This document shows, piece after piece, positions 39,059 through 52,158 of a DNA stretch of 64,000 bases. Both the position numbers and the translations under genes were made by a program. How positions within the stretch are numbered: the stretch's first letter is position 1; each line of letters begins with the position of its first letter. The notes beneath the pieces were generated by a model. It was not told the DNA's origin, did not search any database, and worked only from the letters and a program-made list of their open reading frames with translations. Origin of the DNA: Octopus sinensis (taxonomy: Eukaryota); assembly GCF_006345805.1 (NCBI RefSeq), contig NC_043007.1:18476001-18540000 (forward strand), in the 5' to 3' direction.

Positions 39059-39511
39059 GCAGCAGGTTTTGGAGTATTTTCTGTAGTCAGTGGACTCTTT
39101 TCCACTTCTTTAACAGAAGAAGATACTTGGGAAGAGTTCTCAGCATTTTCAGCCTCCAAAATATTTGCAGTGAGGGTCCCTTTAATAGTCTCATCGGGTT
39201 GCTTCTCTGAGTCTTTAACTGGGGCCACAACAGGAGTAGACAGCTCAGCCACCTGATTTCCAGGTGTTGCATTAATACTCTGGTCAGCAGCTACCACAGT
39301 ACTAGGTGTTGTATCACTGTTGCTACATTGGTCAGTTGCAACAGAAACTGCAGCCTCACTATTCGGGTCAGATGGCACATTACCAGGTGCTGCTGTTGGA
39401 ATGTGTTTCATTGAGTCCATTGAGCCATGTAGACGAGGTGCAACAGAACCACGCAAACCAGTTTTTGGTCGAAGAGAAAATGCAGATTGTTGCTGAATGG
39501 GTTTAGTGTTA
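39059..39511 (-). CDS. BDP1: BDP1 coding exon 2
   Basis: ttcag acceptor, GC|GTGAGT donor, phase 2-2, 453 nt open. Confidence 0.75.
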
Positions 39512-41305
39512 CTGAAGAAATATAGAAAAAACATTTCTTTTTAGCAAAATCATAAAGAGCATTAAAGGAAAAACTACCGTATTTTAACATGCATAAGGAA
39601 CCCCTTAATTTTGGGGTCTTAAAATTTGCAAAAAAGGTTTTGTAAGGGATTATAATACAATCCATGTAAATGAAACTTGTATTTTTTCAACTTAAAAAAG
39701 GGTTCCTTATACACATTAAAAGATGGTAAATCAGAGTAAACTTTCAATTGTTGAAGTAATTTTAGTTCATACCACATACCGTTTACACCAGGGGTTCTCA
39801 GCCATTTTTTACCTATGGACCCTTTGATTCCTATTCACTTGGGTGGACCCTCATAGCCATTCCATGTTTTAAAAAATCCACCCTTTGGTATTTTTATACT
39901 TAAACATTATTAGGACTCATGTAAAAATTGTTAAAATATTTTGTGTATGGATGTATAACCAATTTATTACTCAAACTTTACCCACTACACTCTTGGAGTG
40001 GTTGGCGTTAGGAAGGGCATCCAGCTGTAGAAACGCTGCCAGATGAGATTGGAGCCTGGTGCATCCCCCACTGCACTGGTAATGTCTTTGTGTATGTATG
40101 ACAGAGTGTAAGTGATTTGAGAGTAAAACTGGGTACATGAGACATCAGATGTAGTGTGCAAGAGAGAAGCCTGTGCTGGTATGGTCAAATGATGCATATA
40201 GATGAGGACAACTGCATAAAGAAGCTGCCTATCTCTAATAGTGGAGGACATGTGTGAAAGAGGGAGACCCAGGAAGACACAGGATGAAGTAGTGAGAAAG
40301 GATCTTCAGATGTTGGGCCTCACAGAGGAGATGGCAAGAGACCAAGGCTTCTGATGGTTTGCTGTGCTTGAGAAGACATCAAGCTAAGTAAAATTATGTC
40401 TGTCCATGCATACAGGCACCTCCTCTACATCCCTCTCTCAGCCAAGATATTCTAGTCTTGCAAGCTCATGGGTGCTGGTGCCACATAAAAGTGCCAGTGC
40501 AGGTGCTATGTAAAAGCACCAGTGCATACTGGAGTTTCAGTACAGCTCGTTTCTCTTTGTCTGATCCTTCTCAAGCCACACCTGGTTAATAAGGGCCGGT
40601 TTCCCGGTTTCCTTGGCGTATAGGTTACCCACCTGGATGAGACACCAGTCCATCATGGGTGAGCTGCAAGATGCAGGAGGAAAGAATAAGAGAAAGTTGT
40701 GGCGAAAGAGTCAACAGAAGTTTGCCATTACTTTCTGCCGGAGCCGCATGGAGCTTAGGTGTTTTGCTCATAAACACACACATCGCCCGGTCTGAGATTC
40801 GAACCTGCGATCCCTCGACCGCGAGTCCGCTGCTCTAACCACTAGGCCATGTGCCTCCACTCGGTTCTCTTTAGTCTCACTTTAAGATGAGTCCTAATAT
40901 CAGTTCCAAGTACATTTTATACCTCTTCTCCGCTGGAGAGATGGATAGATAACTGGACAACAAACACCAGAGTTGTTTCTCCTGCTTACAAGTTCTTGAC
41001 AGCACTAAAGGCCAGCTACTGTGAATGACTTTATGCCAGTCATTTGTGTGGGGCTTTTCTGTATGAGGACTGTATCGAAGCTTTCCACTAAACTACAGTT
41101 TTTATTGAAATTCAACATTCTAAATTCTGTCGTTCATGCTGGTGCATGCTGGATGCATTTATTTCTAACATCTCACCCAACTACATATCATGAATTCTAT
41201 GATTTGCATATATTTAGTCAATCTAATCAGAGGTCTATTGGATCAAAGCTGACCCGAGGGATGGAGAAACAACAAGAGAAATAATTAGGGCAACGACAAT
41301 CATAC

Positions 41306-41472
41306 CTTTGTTTATCTGTATCCGATGGTCCAGAACTTGACTCTTGAAGAGTGGAATGTTCTCCTGGAATTTCATTTGAAGTTTTATTTGTTCCATTTCT
41401 GTTGGAATCACGTTTCGAGATTCCTGGAACAATCTTTGGTTTTATCTGTATTTTGGCACGTCTGGCAGTCAT
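41306..41472 (-). CDS. BDP1: BDP1 coding exon 1 (start codon; MTARRAKIQIKPKIVPG...)
   Basis: ttgcag acceptor 3 nt before the ATG; N-terminus resembles the vertebrate BDP1 start (RRARLSVKPN type); donor AG|GTATGA, phase 2. Confidence 0.8.
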
Positions 41473-41859
41473 TGTCTGCAACAAATAACAACAATAATAA
41501 TAACGGTTTCAAATTTTAGCACAAGACCAGCAATTTCAGGGGAGGGGGTAAGTCAATTACAGTGACCCCAGTGCTTAATTGGTATTTACTTCATCAACCC
41601 CAAAAGGATAAAGGGCAAAGTCAAACTCAGAACATAAAGATGGACAAAATGCCCCTAACAACTGATTCTAACAGAGGCATAAGGCCTGAAAAGGGTCAGT
41701 ATTATTGACTGTTCTACTTCTGCCAAGCACTTGGCTAGTTTTTGATTCTATCAAAACTAGAGAGATGAATGGTAAAGATGATTTCAGCAGGATTTGAATT
41801 CGGACCACAAAGAGCTGGTACAAATCTCACAAAGTATTTAAATTTGATGCTCTTACATA

Positions 41860-43506
41860 GGCGTAGGAGTGGCTGTGTGGTACATAGCTTGCTTATGAAC
41901 CACATGGTTCTGGGTTCAGTCCCACTGTGTGGCACCTTGGGCAAGTGCCTTCTACTATAGCCTTGGGCCGACCAAAACCTTGTGAATGGATTTGGTAGAC
42001 GGAAACTGAAAGAAGCCCGTCGTATATGTGTGTGTTTGTGTATGTGTATATATATATATATATATATAGATGCATGTATGTACTGTAAATTCAGGGTGAA
42101 TACTTGATAAGTGTAAGCACCTGTATATGCCAGATAGTGGCAGAGGTGAGAGGGAATATATCAAATAAAATCAAAAACAGAACACAAAGGATATCGCGGT
42201 ACACGTGTTTCAAGCTTTATAAACAACCCGTTCTTACATCAGTGTATAATTGATATAAAAGATGGTCTAAAGCTCTCTTCAGCTGCAAACATTGTTATTC
42301 CAAAGAGTTACATCACACTATAAAAAATATGAAAAGTACATGTAGTGTTACCTATTATGTATATAATAGGTATATCATATCTCCCTGAGAAAGTGTATTT
42401 GTAAAATTTCATAACTGTATAACGATTCATTGGATTTCGAAAATCTGGCCATACTGTATCACCAGTCAACATAGAGTGAATGTTAAATGGAATGGAATGT
42501 GTTTGTATTCATTTCTCTTGTAAAGATAGGAAGGAAAATAGAAAGAAAAAGAAAAAAAAGGAAAAAAGAAGAAAAATAGAGAGAAAAAAAGAGAGAAGAG
42601 AAAATAGAGAGAAGGAATAAACGTTAAAAATAAGAAATAAGGGTACTTGATGTAAAAGACAATGGAAGCAAAAGACAAGGGTAATAAAAAACGCAAAAAT
42701 ATAGTAAAAAAGTATAATAAAGTTAGAACCACAATAAATAAGAATTAGCTAAAAAAAAAAAAAAAAGGATAAAGTAACAAAAAATATAATAATAAAGATA
42801 AAAGAATTGAGACTATAAGCTAGAGTAAGAGATAAAGAGATATGTTGAGAATATGGCTCTGATGTTGAGATTTTGGCTTTGATGGGGTGGTTATGGTCAT
42901 AAATCAATTCTTAGTTTCAAGGTTGAAATTTGATATCTCTGTGGTGAGTGGTCAGCTTACACACATCTGCCACTACAAGTTACTGGCTTTATAAGTTTAT
43001 AGTATATGTGTGTGTGTGTATATACTTACTCGTCCACATATATATATAAGTATATCTCATACAGCACAGCCTGATATACACAGCATTAAAATATGGAACT
43101 ACACACATATCTCCACACATGATATACCTATTATAATAGGTAACACTACATGTACTTTTCATATTTTTTATAGTGTGATGTAACTCTTTGGAATAACAAT
43201 GTTTGCGGCTGAAGAGAGCTTTAAACCATCTTTTATATCAATTATACACTGATGTAAGAACGGGTTGTTTATAAAGCTTGAAACACGTGTACCACGATAT
43301 CCTTTGGGTTCTGTTTTTGATTTTATTTGATGTGTGTGTATTTGTTTGTGTGTCTGTCCCCCCAACATCACTTGACAACCGATGCTGGTGTGTTTACATC
43401 AAATGAGTACTAGGCTTACAAAGAATAAGTCCTGGGGTCGATTCGTTCGACTAAAGGCGGTGCTCCAGCATGGCCACAGTCAAATGACTGAAACAAGTAA
43501 AAGAGT
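41860..43506 (+). mobile_element. CORE-like tRNA SINE split by an insertion of about 1.2 kb (intact copy at 56170-56565)
   Basis: 5' half (41860-42070) and 3' half (43331-43506) match the two halves of the 56170 copy. Confidence 0.75.
42160..43331. mobile_element. Insertion with about 200-bp inverted arms (42160-42358 / 43132-43331)
   Basis: Arms are near-perfect reverse complements; purine-rich interior. Confidence 0.75.
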
Positions 43507-43570
43507 TACAATTTTGCAAATCCATCACCCTAACAACAATTCCAACAATTGTTCCGTTCTTTTTCTTTTA

Positions 43571-43950
43571 AGGTGGCAAGCTGGCAGAAACGTTAGCACG
43601 CCGGGTGAAATGCTTAGTGGTATTTCATCTGCTGTTACGTTTTGAGTTCAAATTCCACTGAGGTTGACTTAGCCTTTCATTCTTTCGGGGTTGATAAATT
43701 AAGTACCAGTTACACACTGGGGTCGATGTAATCGACTTAATCCGTTTGTCTGTCTTTGTTTGTCCCCTCTGTATTTAGCCCCTTGTGGGTAGTAAAGAAA
43801 TAGGTATTTCGTCTATCTTTACATTCAGAGTTCAAATTCCACCGAGGTCAACTTTGCCTTTCATCCTTTCAGAGTCGATAAATTAAGTACCAGTTGCATA
43901 CTGGTGCCCTCCCCCAAAATTTCTGGCCTTGTGCCTAGAGTAGAAAAGAA
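43571..43950 (+). mobile_element. MetaSINE-like tRNA SINE with partial tandem duplication
   Basis: TGGCAGAAACG A box, GAGTTCAAATTCC B box, CTTTCATCCTTTCGGGGTCGATAAATTAAGTACCAG-type core. Confidence 0.75.
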
Positions 43951-44560
43951 TTGTTCTTTTAGTTTTTACTTGTTTCAGTCATTAGACTGTGGCCATGCTG
44001 GAGCACCACCTTGATGAATGTGTATAGTTGAATGAACTGACCCCAGTACATATATATTTTTAAGCCTGGTACTTAGTCTACCAATATTTTTTGACGAGCC
44101 TCTAAGTTACGGGAACGAAAACAAACCGACACCGGTTGTCAATCGAGGGGGGGAAGGGCGAAAGCAAACAAAGACACACACACACACACTAAATACACTC
44201 ACAAGGTTTGCTCAAGGTGCCACACAATGGGACTGAACCCGAAACCATGTGGTTGAGAAGCAAGCTTCTTACCACACAGCCACGCCTATGCCTGTTGTTT
44301 ATAGTTTTGTCACATGTTCTATAACCTCTACATGTTCTTGACCATTGCCATCACGCTGGATTGATCTTTGTGAGGAAGAACTCTGACCACTGTAATCTTT
44401 GCTACATGCCATCCATGTAGAGGGTTATCAACTAGGCGGAAAAAAAATCAAGAATGAGTTACAAGAATAGCTAATCAAGCTAAAAAAAAATGGACTAAAA
44501 GGGAGCTATCCACGTAAACTCACCCCCACCTCATTCGATTACAATGTAAACTGAGTGTCC

Positions 44561-44878
44561 GGCGGAGGTAAAGAATACACACACCAAATGCGGCGAGCTG
44601 GCAGGAACGTTAGCACACCGGGTGAAATGCTTAGCTGTATTTCGTCTGTATTTACCTTCTGAGTTCAAATTACGCCGAGGTCGACTTTGCCTTTCATCCT
44701 TTCGGGGTCGATAAATTAAGTACCAGTTGCGTACTGGGATCGATCTAATCGACTGGCCCCTCCCCCAACATTTCTGGCCTTGTGCCAAGAGTAGGAAAGA
44801 ATACGCACACCACCCGTTTTCGGCGTGACCCTAAACCTAGTCCCTACACACCGAGTGTGCGTATTCTTTACCTTCGCC
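44561..44878. mobile_element. Small MITE (8-bp TSD GAGTGTCC) carrying a nested SINE at 44587-44795
   Basis: TIR GGCGGAGGTAAAGAATAC; SINE TSD AAAGAATAC(A/G)CACACCA. Confidence 0.8.
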
Positions 44879-46378
44879 GAGTGTCCCAGTAATGGTCTAC
44901 ATCCGTGATCCCCGGAGGAATAAATATCTTATCATTATAACTACTACCACTAGGGTGATGAAATAATAGCCGAAACGGTAGAATACTATAGTAAATGCAT
45001 TGCGGTATTTAGCTGTCCTTTTAAGTCTGAGTTCAAAGCACAGTAAAGTCGAATATTGTCAAGTCTCGTGAAACACTGCTGTATTTGTTGTATTCAGCAT
45101 GCCTAACACATCCCTGAGGTATTTCTGTCAGCCATGCAGTAGAGTCGACTTTGCTTTCCATTCTTCGGGGTTGGGTGGGAGTATAAAATAAAAATAGGTA
45201 CCTGTAAAAGAACTGTTGATTTAATCGATTCTACACTTTCCCTGTCGCCAAATATTAGGGGTTTCTACCAATATTAAAAACCCTTGTATAATGTTTTTAC
45301 TTTCGCCACCACTTGTTGTAATAAAAAAAAAATGAAAAACTTATAAATATTTTTTTTTTCTTCGATAGCCAAACATATTCTAAAACAGTATAACAGAATT
45401 CAGCTTTTACTCCCTAAACATATGCAAAAATGTCATAAATTCTGGTCTTCGTTTATTATTCCTATAGAATAGACAGTGTAAAACGGGCCAGGGTGGAATA
45501 GTGGTACCTATTTTAATGAACTTCTTTATCAAATGAAAATTTGTCCAACCTATAGAACTTTGGCTGAGACACAAACCAATGCCCCTTTCTCACTATCAGA
45601 CTACTAATTAGACTATTTACAATAAAAAAGTCTACGTCAAATGGACTGTTTGAGTCACGTTGGAGTAGTGGAAAATGTACTTAGAAGTATCTATCTGGGA
45701 GTGAACCAGTAAATGGGAGAATATTAGAAGTAATTAAGAAAGAAAAAAGAAAACACAAGCAAATGATTTAGTAGTAAAATGTTAATGACTTTAAAATGGT
45801 TTGGCGAGTTAAATTCATGGAGAAAGGACGAGCGAAAAATAAGCATTTAGAAATGCCGAGGTGACATAATTATCTAAAAAAAATAAATAAATATAAGTAA
45901 TTTTAAAAAATCAATCTTAATTAATATTAAAGGTACTATGTGGATATAATAAATGAGTACCTGTTTATTTTGCGGTATATATTATTGTTTTAGAATTATC
46001 TAAAGGATGATATATAAGGGATTAATAGGTATTTCGTTATCGGTGTGTAGACAGGACAGGGAGAGGCATGAATGGTCAGGGAAGACGGCTTTTGAAGAGA
46101 ATTTCATAAAAAGCAATTCCAGGCAGTCAGAAATAATAATTATCTTGAACGATACGTAAGATAACAGCAAAAACATTCTACCTTAATAATAATAATTCAG
46201 AATAGTTATGAGCAGTATTTGCGATAATTAATTTTGATTTTAAATATCTTTGAGCAAAACGTGTAAATAAATAAATAAAGAATTTAGGAGTCTTTAATTA
46301 AGAAAACAGACGCATTGACACATGCACGTATCGTGGGATTAGACGAACCACAAGGAATTGCTGGAAATTATTAAATAC

Positions 46379-46500
46379 CTTCGATTGTTGTATTAAATAC
46401 TGGTGTATAAAATAAATACAAAGTCAATATTCCGTGTACGCGTGTCCCTTTTATGTCGAGGCAAATCTCTGATCACAGAAATGCTGCCATCTTGGCCACT
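46379..46500 (-). promoter_or_regulatory. Candidate non-coding first exon / TSS region of BDP1
   Basis: CpG-richer non-repeat patch; YY1-type AAGATGGC at 46486-46493; AAG|GTATTT donor at 46378; the ATG exon has an acceptor and needs an upstream exon. Confidence 0.45.
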
Positions 46501-47924
46501 GAAGCACTTAGAAGATCTTCGTTAGCAGAACAGACGGTGTCGCAATAAATTAATTCACCAATAAAATAAGAACATTTTTATCATACCCTTTCAGGACGTT
46601 GGTTTGGCAGAAACGGCAGAGCGGCCGATAAATTAAATTAAATTAAATTAAATTAAATTAACAGTATTTAGTTTCAACACTTTACGTTTTGAGTTCAAAT
46701 ACTGTCCGGGATTAATTCAGTCTTTCGACTTTCAAACACTAATTTATTAAGAACCTGTCAAATGTCCACGTGAACTCCTCGTTGGAGCTGTAAAGTGAAG
46801 GACAAAATGCCTTGCTAATTTTAGCTACATCCCTTTGAGTATCTTATCTGAGTTCAAATTCCACCAGGATCGGCTTCGTGTTTTTTTTATCCTTTCGACA
46901 TTGATTTAATAGGTAAGAGTTATGAACTGGACCTATGCAATTGACTACATTTGTCCCCAACAAAATGTGTTTGCCTAATACCTGTCATCATTATTTTTTG
47001 GTGATTCTAGTCGAGGGAAGCTGCCCAACTCCTCCTTACGTTCCTACATTATGGTATGCATTTCATATGCAGAATTTAAAGCTGGTCAAGGCCTACAAGG
47101 GACAAAGGATGGCGCTAGATCAATTTTTGCTTTAAAATAATGCTTTGCAAATTGAGGTGTGCATAACCTAACTATTTGTGAGATGAGTGATAACATTCCT
47201 ATAAATTTATTTAAATGTTGAATGTATTTTAACGAAAGATCTGCACGCAAAATCATCATCATCATCAACAACATTTAATACTATTTTCCATGCTGGCATG
47301 GGTTGGACGGCTTGAGAGGAACTGATAAGGCCTGGAGTCACACCAAATTCCATAGTTTGTTTTAGTTTGGTTTGTCCCCTAAAAATATTGCCCATTCAAC
47401 TGTGTTTCAAAATACGAATGAAAATGCCATGGAGATGGGAAGAGGGGTAAAAACATAAAATACTGAAATAATAAAAACATTTTTTTCCAAATCGTAATTA
47501 TCATTGTATGAAACATAGGAATAATAATAAATTACTTGATCCTTTCCTTGCCCATCCGGTATTGATAGCTATCCCAAAGTTCTGCCAACCATTCTATCCT
47601 GTCAAAAAGGATATTATATGGTGAGCTTCAAAGAGAAGAGGAAAGCATTTGGCAATCCAGTTTGGAAGAAGAGTTGTAGTTACATCACTTAATTCATGAT
47701 TCTAATGTTTTTGGTAATGGTACGAGTGTCACACAATTTCGACCCCTTTTCTTAAGCCTTCTTGTCAAAGAAATTAAAATATATTGCAAAACAGAAGAAA
47801 TGGAACTTTTATATATATATATCCTTATCATCATCCACATTTAAAGTCTGCGTTTCATGCTAGCATGGGTGTGATACATACATATGTACATACGTTTCCC
47901 ATACATACATACATACATACAAGA

Positions 47925-50160
47925 CAGGGATGTAGTCAGTAAGGTGATTGTTGGCAATGAGTATAGTGAGGAATTCTGGGCAGAAGTAGGTGTTCACTAG
48001 GGACCAGTCATCAGCTCCTTCTTATTCATCATAGTCTTCCAGTCAATAACAGAGGAATTCTAGACAGGCTGACCCTGGGAGCTCCTCTATCTTGCTCTAA
48101 TAGCTGAGTCACTACCAGAACTAGAGATGAAATTTCAGATGTTGAGGCAAGATCTAGAATCGAAGTGCATTCGAGTCAATCTAGCAAAAACCAAAGTCCT
48201 AGTAAGTAGGAAGACAGACAAATCACAAACCCCTTCAAGTAGATGGCCCTGCTCAATCTGTAGAAAAGGCATAGGTAGAAACTCCAAACGATGTACCTGG
48301 TGTAAGCTATGGACACAAGAGATGCAGCAATATCAAAGAAAGGTTCACCAGAAAGATAATTTTTGTGTGTGGTAGATGCACAGAGGCAATAAATACCAAA
48401 AATGTACAGAAAACAGATTCCATCACATGCCAGGGGGAGAAACTAGAAGTAGTTGATAGCTTCTGCTACATAGGTGACTGAGTCTGTAGTGGGGGTGGAT
48501 GCTTAGAGAGTGTAGCCACTAGAATAAGAATAACCTGAGCAAATTTTAGAAAGCTCCTACCTCTGCTGGTAACAAAGGGCCTCTCACTCAGTGTGAAAAG
48601 TAGACTCTATGATGCATATGTGCGAACAGCCATGCTACATGGCAGTGAAACATGGGCCATTACTGCCGAGGACATGCATAGACTCAAAACAAATGAAGCT
48701 AATATGCACACTGGCATTACACATCCAGCGGCTCATACTAGCTTCATTTGTTTCAAGTCTACGCATGTCCTCGGCAGTAATGGCCCATGTTTCACTACCA
48801 TGTAGCATGGCTGTTCGCACACATACATCATAGAGTCTACTTTTTACTCTGAGTGAGAGACTATGGTGCTGCTATGCCAGTCATTGGTTATGACGCCGTT
48901 TACAATACAGGTGACTAGATCATAATCCACACCCTCAGATATTTTAAGCATCTCAGTAGTGATTCCTAATGGGCCAGGGGCTTTCCCTGTCTTCATATCA
49001 TTAATTGCTTTATCTACCAGGGTACTGTTGATGGGAGTAGCTGGTTCCTCAATTGGGTCAATGTGTGTGGTAGATGCACAGAGGTAATAAATACCAAAAA
49101 TGTACAGAAAACAGATTCCATCACATGCCAGGGGGAGAAACTAGAAGTAGTTGATAGCTTCTGCTACCTAGGTGACTGAGTCTGTAGTGGGGGTGGATGC
49201 TTAGAGAGTGTAGCCACTAGAATAAGAATAACCTGAGCATTCATTCTCCATGTTCAGCAGATTTTCATAATGGCACCTCCAAGCCTTTTTCTTTGCAGAG
49301 TCATTAAATGCAAGTGCATCATCATCCATGCAGATACGTTTCCCTCCTATGACATCACAATTTTCTCTCACACACTGTCTTGTATGTATGTATGTATGTA
49401 ACGACTGCACTGGTATGGTCACGTGCTACGTATGGATGAGGACAGCTGTGTGAAGAAGTGTCACACCCTAACAGTAAAAGGAACCTGTGAAAGGGATAGA
49501 CCCAGGAAGACATGGGATGAGGTGGTGAAGCACAGCCTTTGAATACTGGGCCTCACAGAAGCGATGACAAGAGATCGAGACCTTTGGAGATATGCTGTGA
49601 TTAAGAAGACCCAGCAAGTTAAGTGAGATCACAGCTGTGGTCGATACCAGTGTCGCATAACCAGCCATTTTAAAAGTACCCTTGAATCACTGGGCGACAC
49701 GCTGTGCTTGAGAAGACCTGTTGAGTCAAATGAAATCGTAGTCGTGGCCGATGCCAGTGCCGCCTTACTGGTATCCGTGTTGGTGGCATATAATAAGCAC
49801 CATTCAAGCTGGGATCGATGCTAGGGCTGTTTGACTTGCTTCAATGCCAGTGACACGAAAAACACCATTCGAATGTGGTCAATACCAATGTCCCTTGACT
49901 GGCTTCTGTGCTGGGTGGCATGTAAAAAGCACCATCTGAACATGGTCAATGCCATTGACTCCTGACTGGCTCCCATGCCGATGGCACGTAAAAAGCACCC
50001 ACTACACTCCTGGAGTGGTTGGCCTTAGGAAGAGTGTCCTGCTGTAGAAACCTTGCCAGAACAGATTGGAGCCTGGTGCAGCCTACTGGCTTGCCAGTCC
50101 TGTCAAACCGTCCAACCCATGCCAGCATGGAAAACGGACGTTATACAATGATGATGATAA
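47925..50160 (+). mobile_element. Rearranged RTE LINE 3' portion
   Basis: RVNLAKTKVL, WPCSICRKG zinc knuckle, RTAMLHGSETW, 3' UTR and (ATG)n tail; internal inversions. Confidence 0.85.
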
Positions 50161-50184
50161 TAATACACACATACATACATTTAT

Positions 50185-50810
50185 CAGGTGATGAAATTTA
50201 CAAAGAGGGTCAAAGCTCACCTAGTTAGGAAGAGAGTTAATCTAGATGAGATGAAGTTTGGTGTTGTTAGGGAGAAGCACTACTGATGCTATATTCCTGG
50301 TAAGGCAGCTGCAGAAGTACTTAGCCAAAAATAAACCGCTGTGCTAGGGTTTTGTTAACATGAAGGAAGCCTTAGATAGGATACTCCACTCCTTTATCTG
50401 TACTCAATGTGAAAACTATAGATAGTTGAGTGGTTGATGAGACCTGTATAAGCCATTTGCAGGGATGCTGTCCGTAAGATGAGTGCAGAAATGAATTCAG
50501 TGTACAAGTAGGAGTTCACCATAGTCTTCCAGGCAATAACAGAGGAATTTAAGACAGGCTGCCCTTAGGAGTTCCTCTATGCTGATGACCTTGTTCTTAT
50601 AGCTGAATCACTACCAAAACTAGAGAAGAAATTTTAGGTGTGGAAGCAAGGTCTGGAATCAAAGGGCCTTAGAGCTAATATAGCAAAGATCAAAGTCTTA
50701 GTAAGTAGGAAAACAGACAAGTTAGAAATCCCTTGAAGGAGATGGCCCTGCTCAATGTGTAGAAAAGATGTAGATAGAAACTCCATAAGGTGTACTCAGT
50801 GCAAGCTATG
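50185..50810 (+). mobile_element. Second RTE LINE RT fragment
   Basis: LYADDLVL motif at about 50575; paralogous to 47925-48310. Confidence 0.8.
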
Positions 50811-51646
50811 ATGAAATAAATATATTGAGAAACATTGTTCTAGGTTGACTTTGGCTGAAGTAAGGCTGGGTACTGTGTATCTTGCATAAATACCAATTGT
50901 GAAGCTAAAGACAAGATTTGAACATATTAACTTTAAAACTAAAATTCAAAAATGATCTCATAGCTTTATTTAAAGAATGAGCTGGCAGAATTGTTAGAGT
51001 GGTAGACAAAATGTCAGGTGGAATTTCTTCAGATCCATTATGTTCTGAGTTCAAATTCCATCAGGGTCAATTTTGCCTTTCAACCCTTTGTGGTCGATAA
51101 AATAAAGAACCAATCAAGTATTGGATTTCTCCCCTCAAAATTGGTGTGCTTGTGTCAAAATTAGAAGGAATTATATACACAAAGCTTTGCTAGCTAACAG
51201 CTGCTGCCGCTCTGTCTTCTGTGATTTTTCTCCTCCACTTTATAATTCTGTTCTGTAGATCTTTACCACTCCCCCCACACCTGCCAACAACCTTCAATAA
51301 GACTTGTCTGATGCCTCCCTCCCTCCTGCCCCTCACCTCTCTTCTTCCTATTTATACTGTTTCTTTCACCCTGAACTCCACCACCAAACGTATGGTATTT
51401 TATCCTCAGCATAAAAATCCCTCCATCTTTTCCTGTGTGTTTTTACAAAACACTTATCTCCAACTCTTTGAGGACCATAATCATACTAACCTCATTCAAA
51501 GAACTGCATAACCAAAAGCAACACCGGTCTTTGGTAAAAAAAAAAAACAAGCACCAGAAGCAACAAAACACAACAAGAATGGCAATGACCATATGAAAAA
51601 TGAAAAAAAAAACAAACAAAACAAAACAAAACAAAAAGTGTTATTT

Positions 51647-51933
51647 TTAATTTAAATTTCGTTTTAATCCAATACTAAAATCAAATAGTTTCTCTTGGTG
51701 AAAAACTCCTTTTTTATCCAGTAGGAAATGGAACCATTTCCCTTTCATCTTCAATGGGATCTGTGTTTTAGGTGAATCTCGTTGCTGGAGACAGCTAATT
51801 GAATCCAGGGGTGCAACGTAATGAGACTTGTAACCAAATGTGTCAATTTTCACAGCACGCCCGCCTTTCAGGAGCCACAGTTGTTTGACCGCTCGGCGCG
51901 GATAGATGATGCTAATGAATAGTACAAGATAAC
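51647..51933 (-). CDS. TMEM223: TMEM223 exon 2 to stop
   Basis: ttgcag acceptor, phase 1; RAVKQLWLLKGG...KGKWFHFLLDKKGVF..EKLFD matches the TMEM223 C-terminus. Confidence 0.9.
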
Positions 51934-52158
51934 CTGCAAGAGAAAGAAGACAAAAAGATAACTATCTTCGATGAAGGAGATGGAATGTAATAGCTGAAAC
52001 AGATAGGGTTGTTCTTGTTATTGTTGAGTAGCCCTGATCAGTTCTGCTTGAACAAATTTTCACCACAAATGCAGAACTGTTGACATAACACCTCAGTTGG
52101 CATTTCCCCTAATTGTCTTCATGTGGCACTTGTGAGCTTAACCAGTGTTTGAGCAAAA

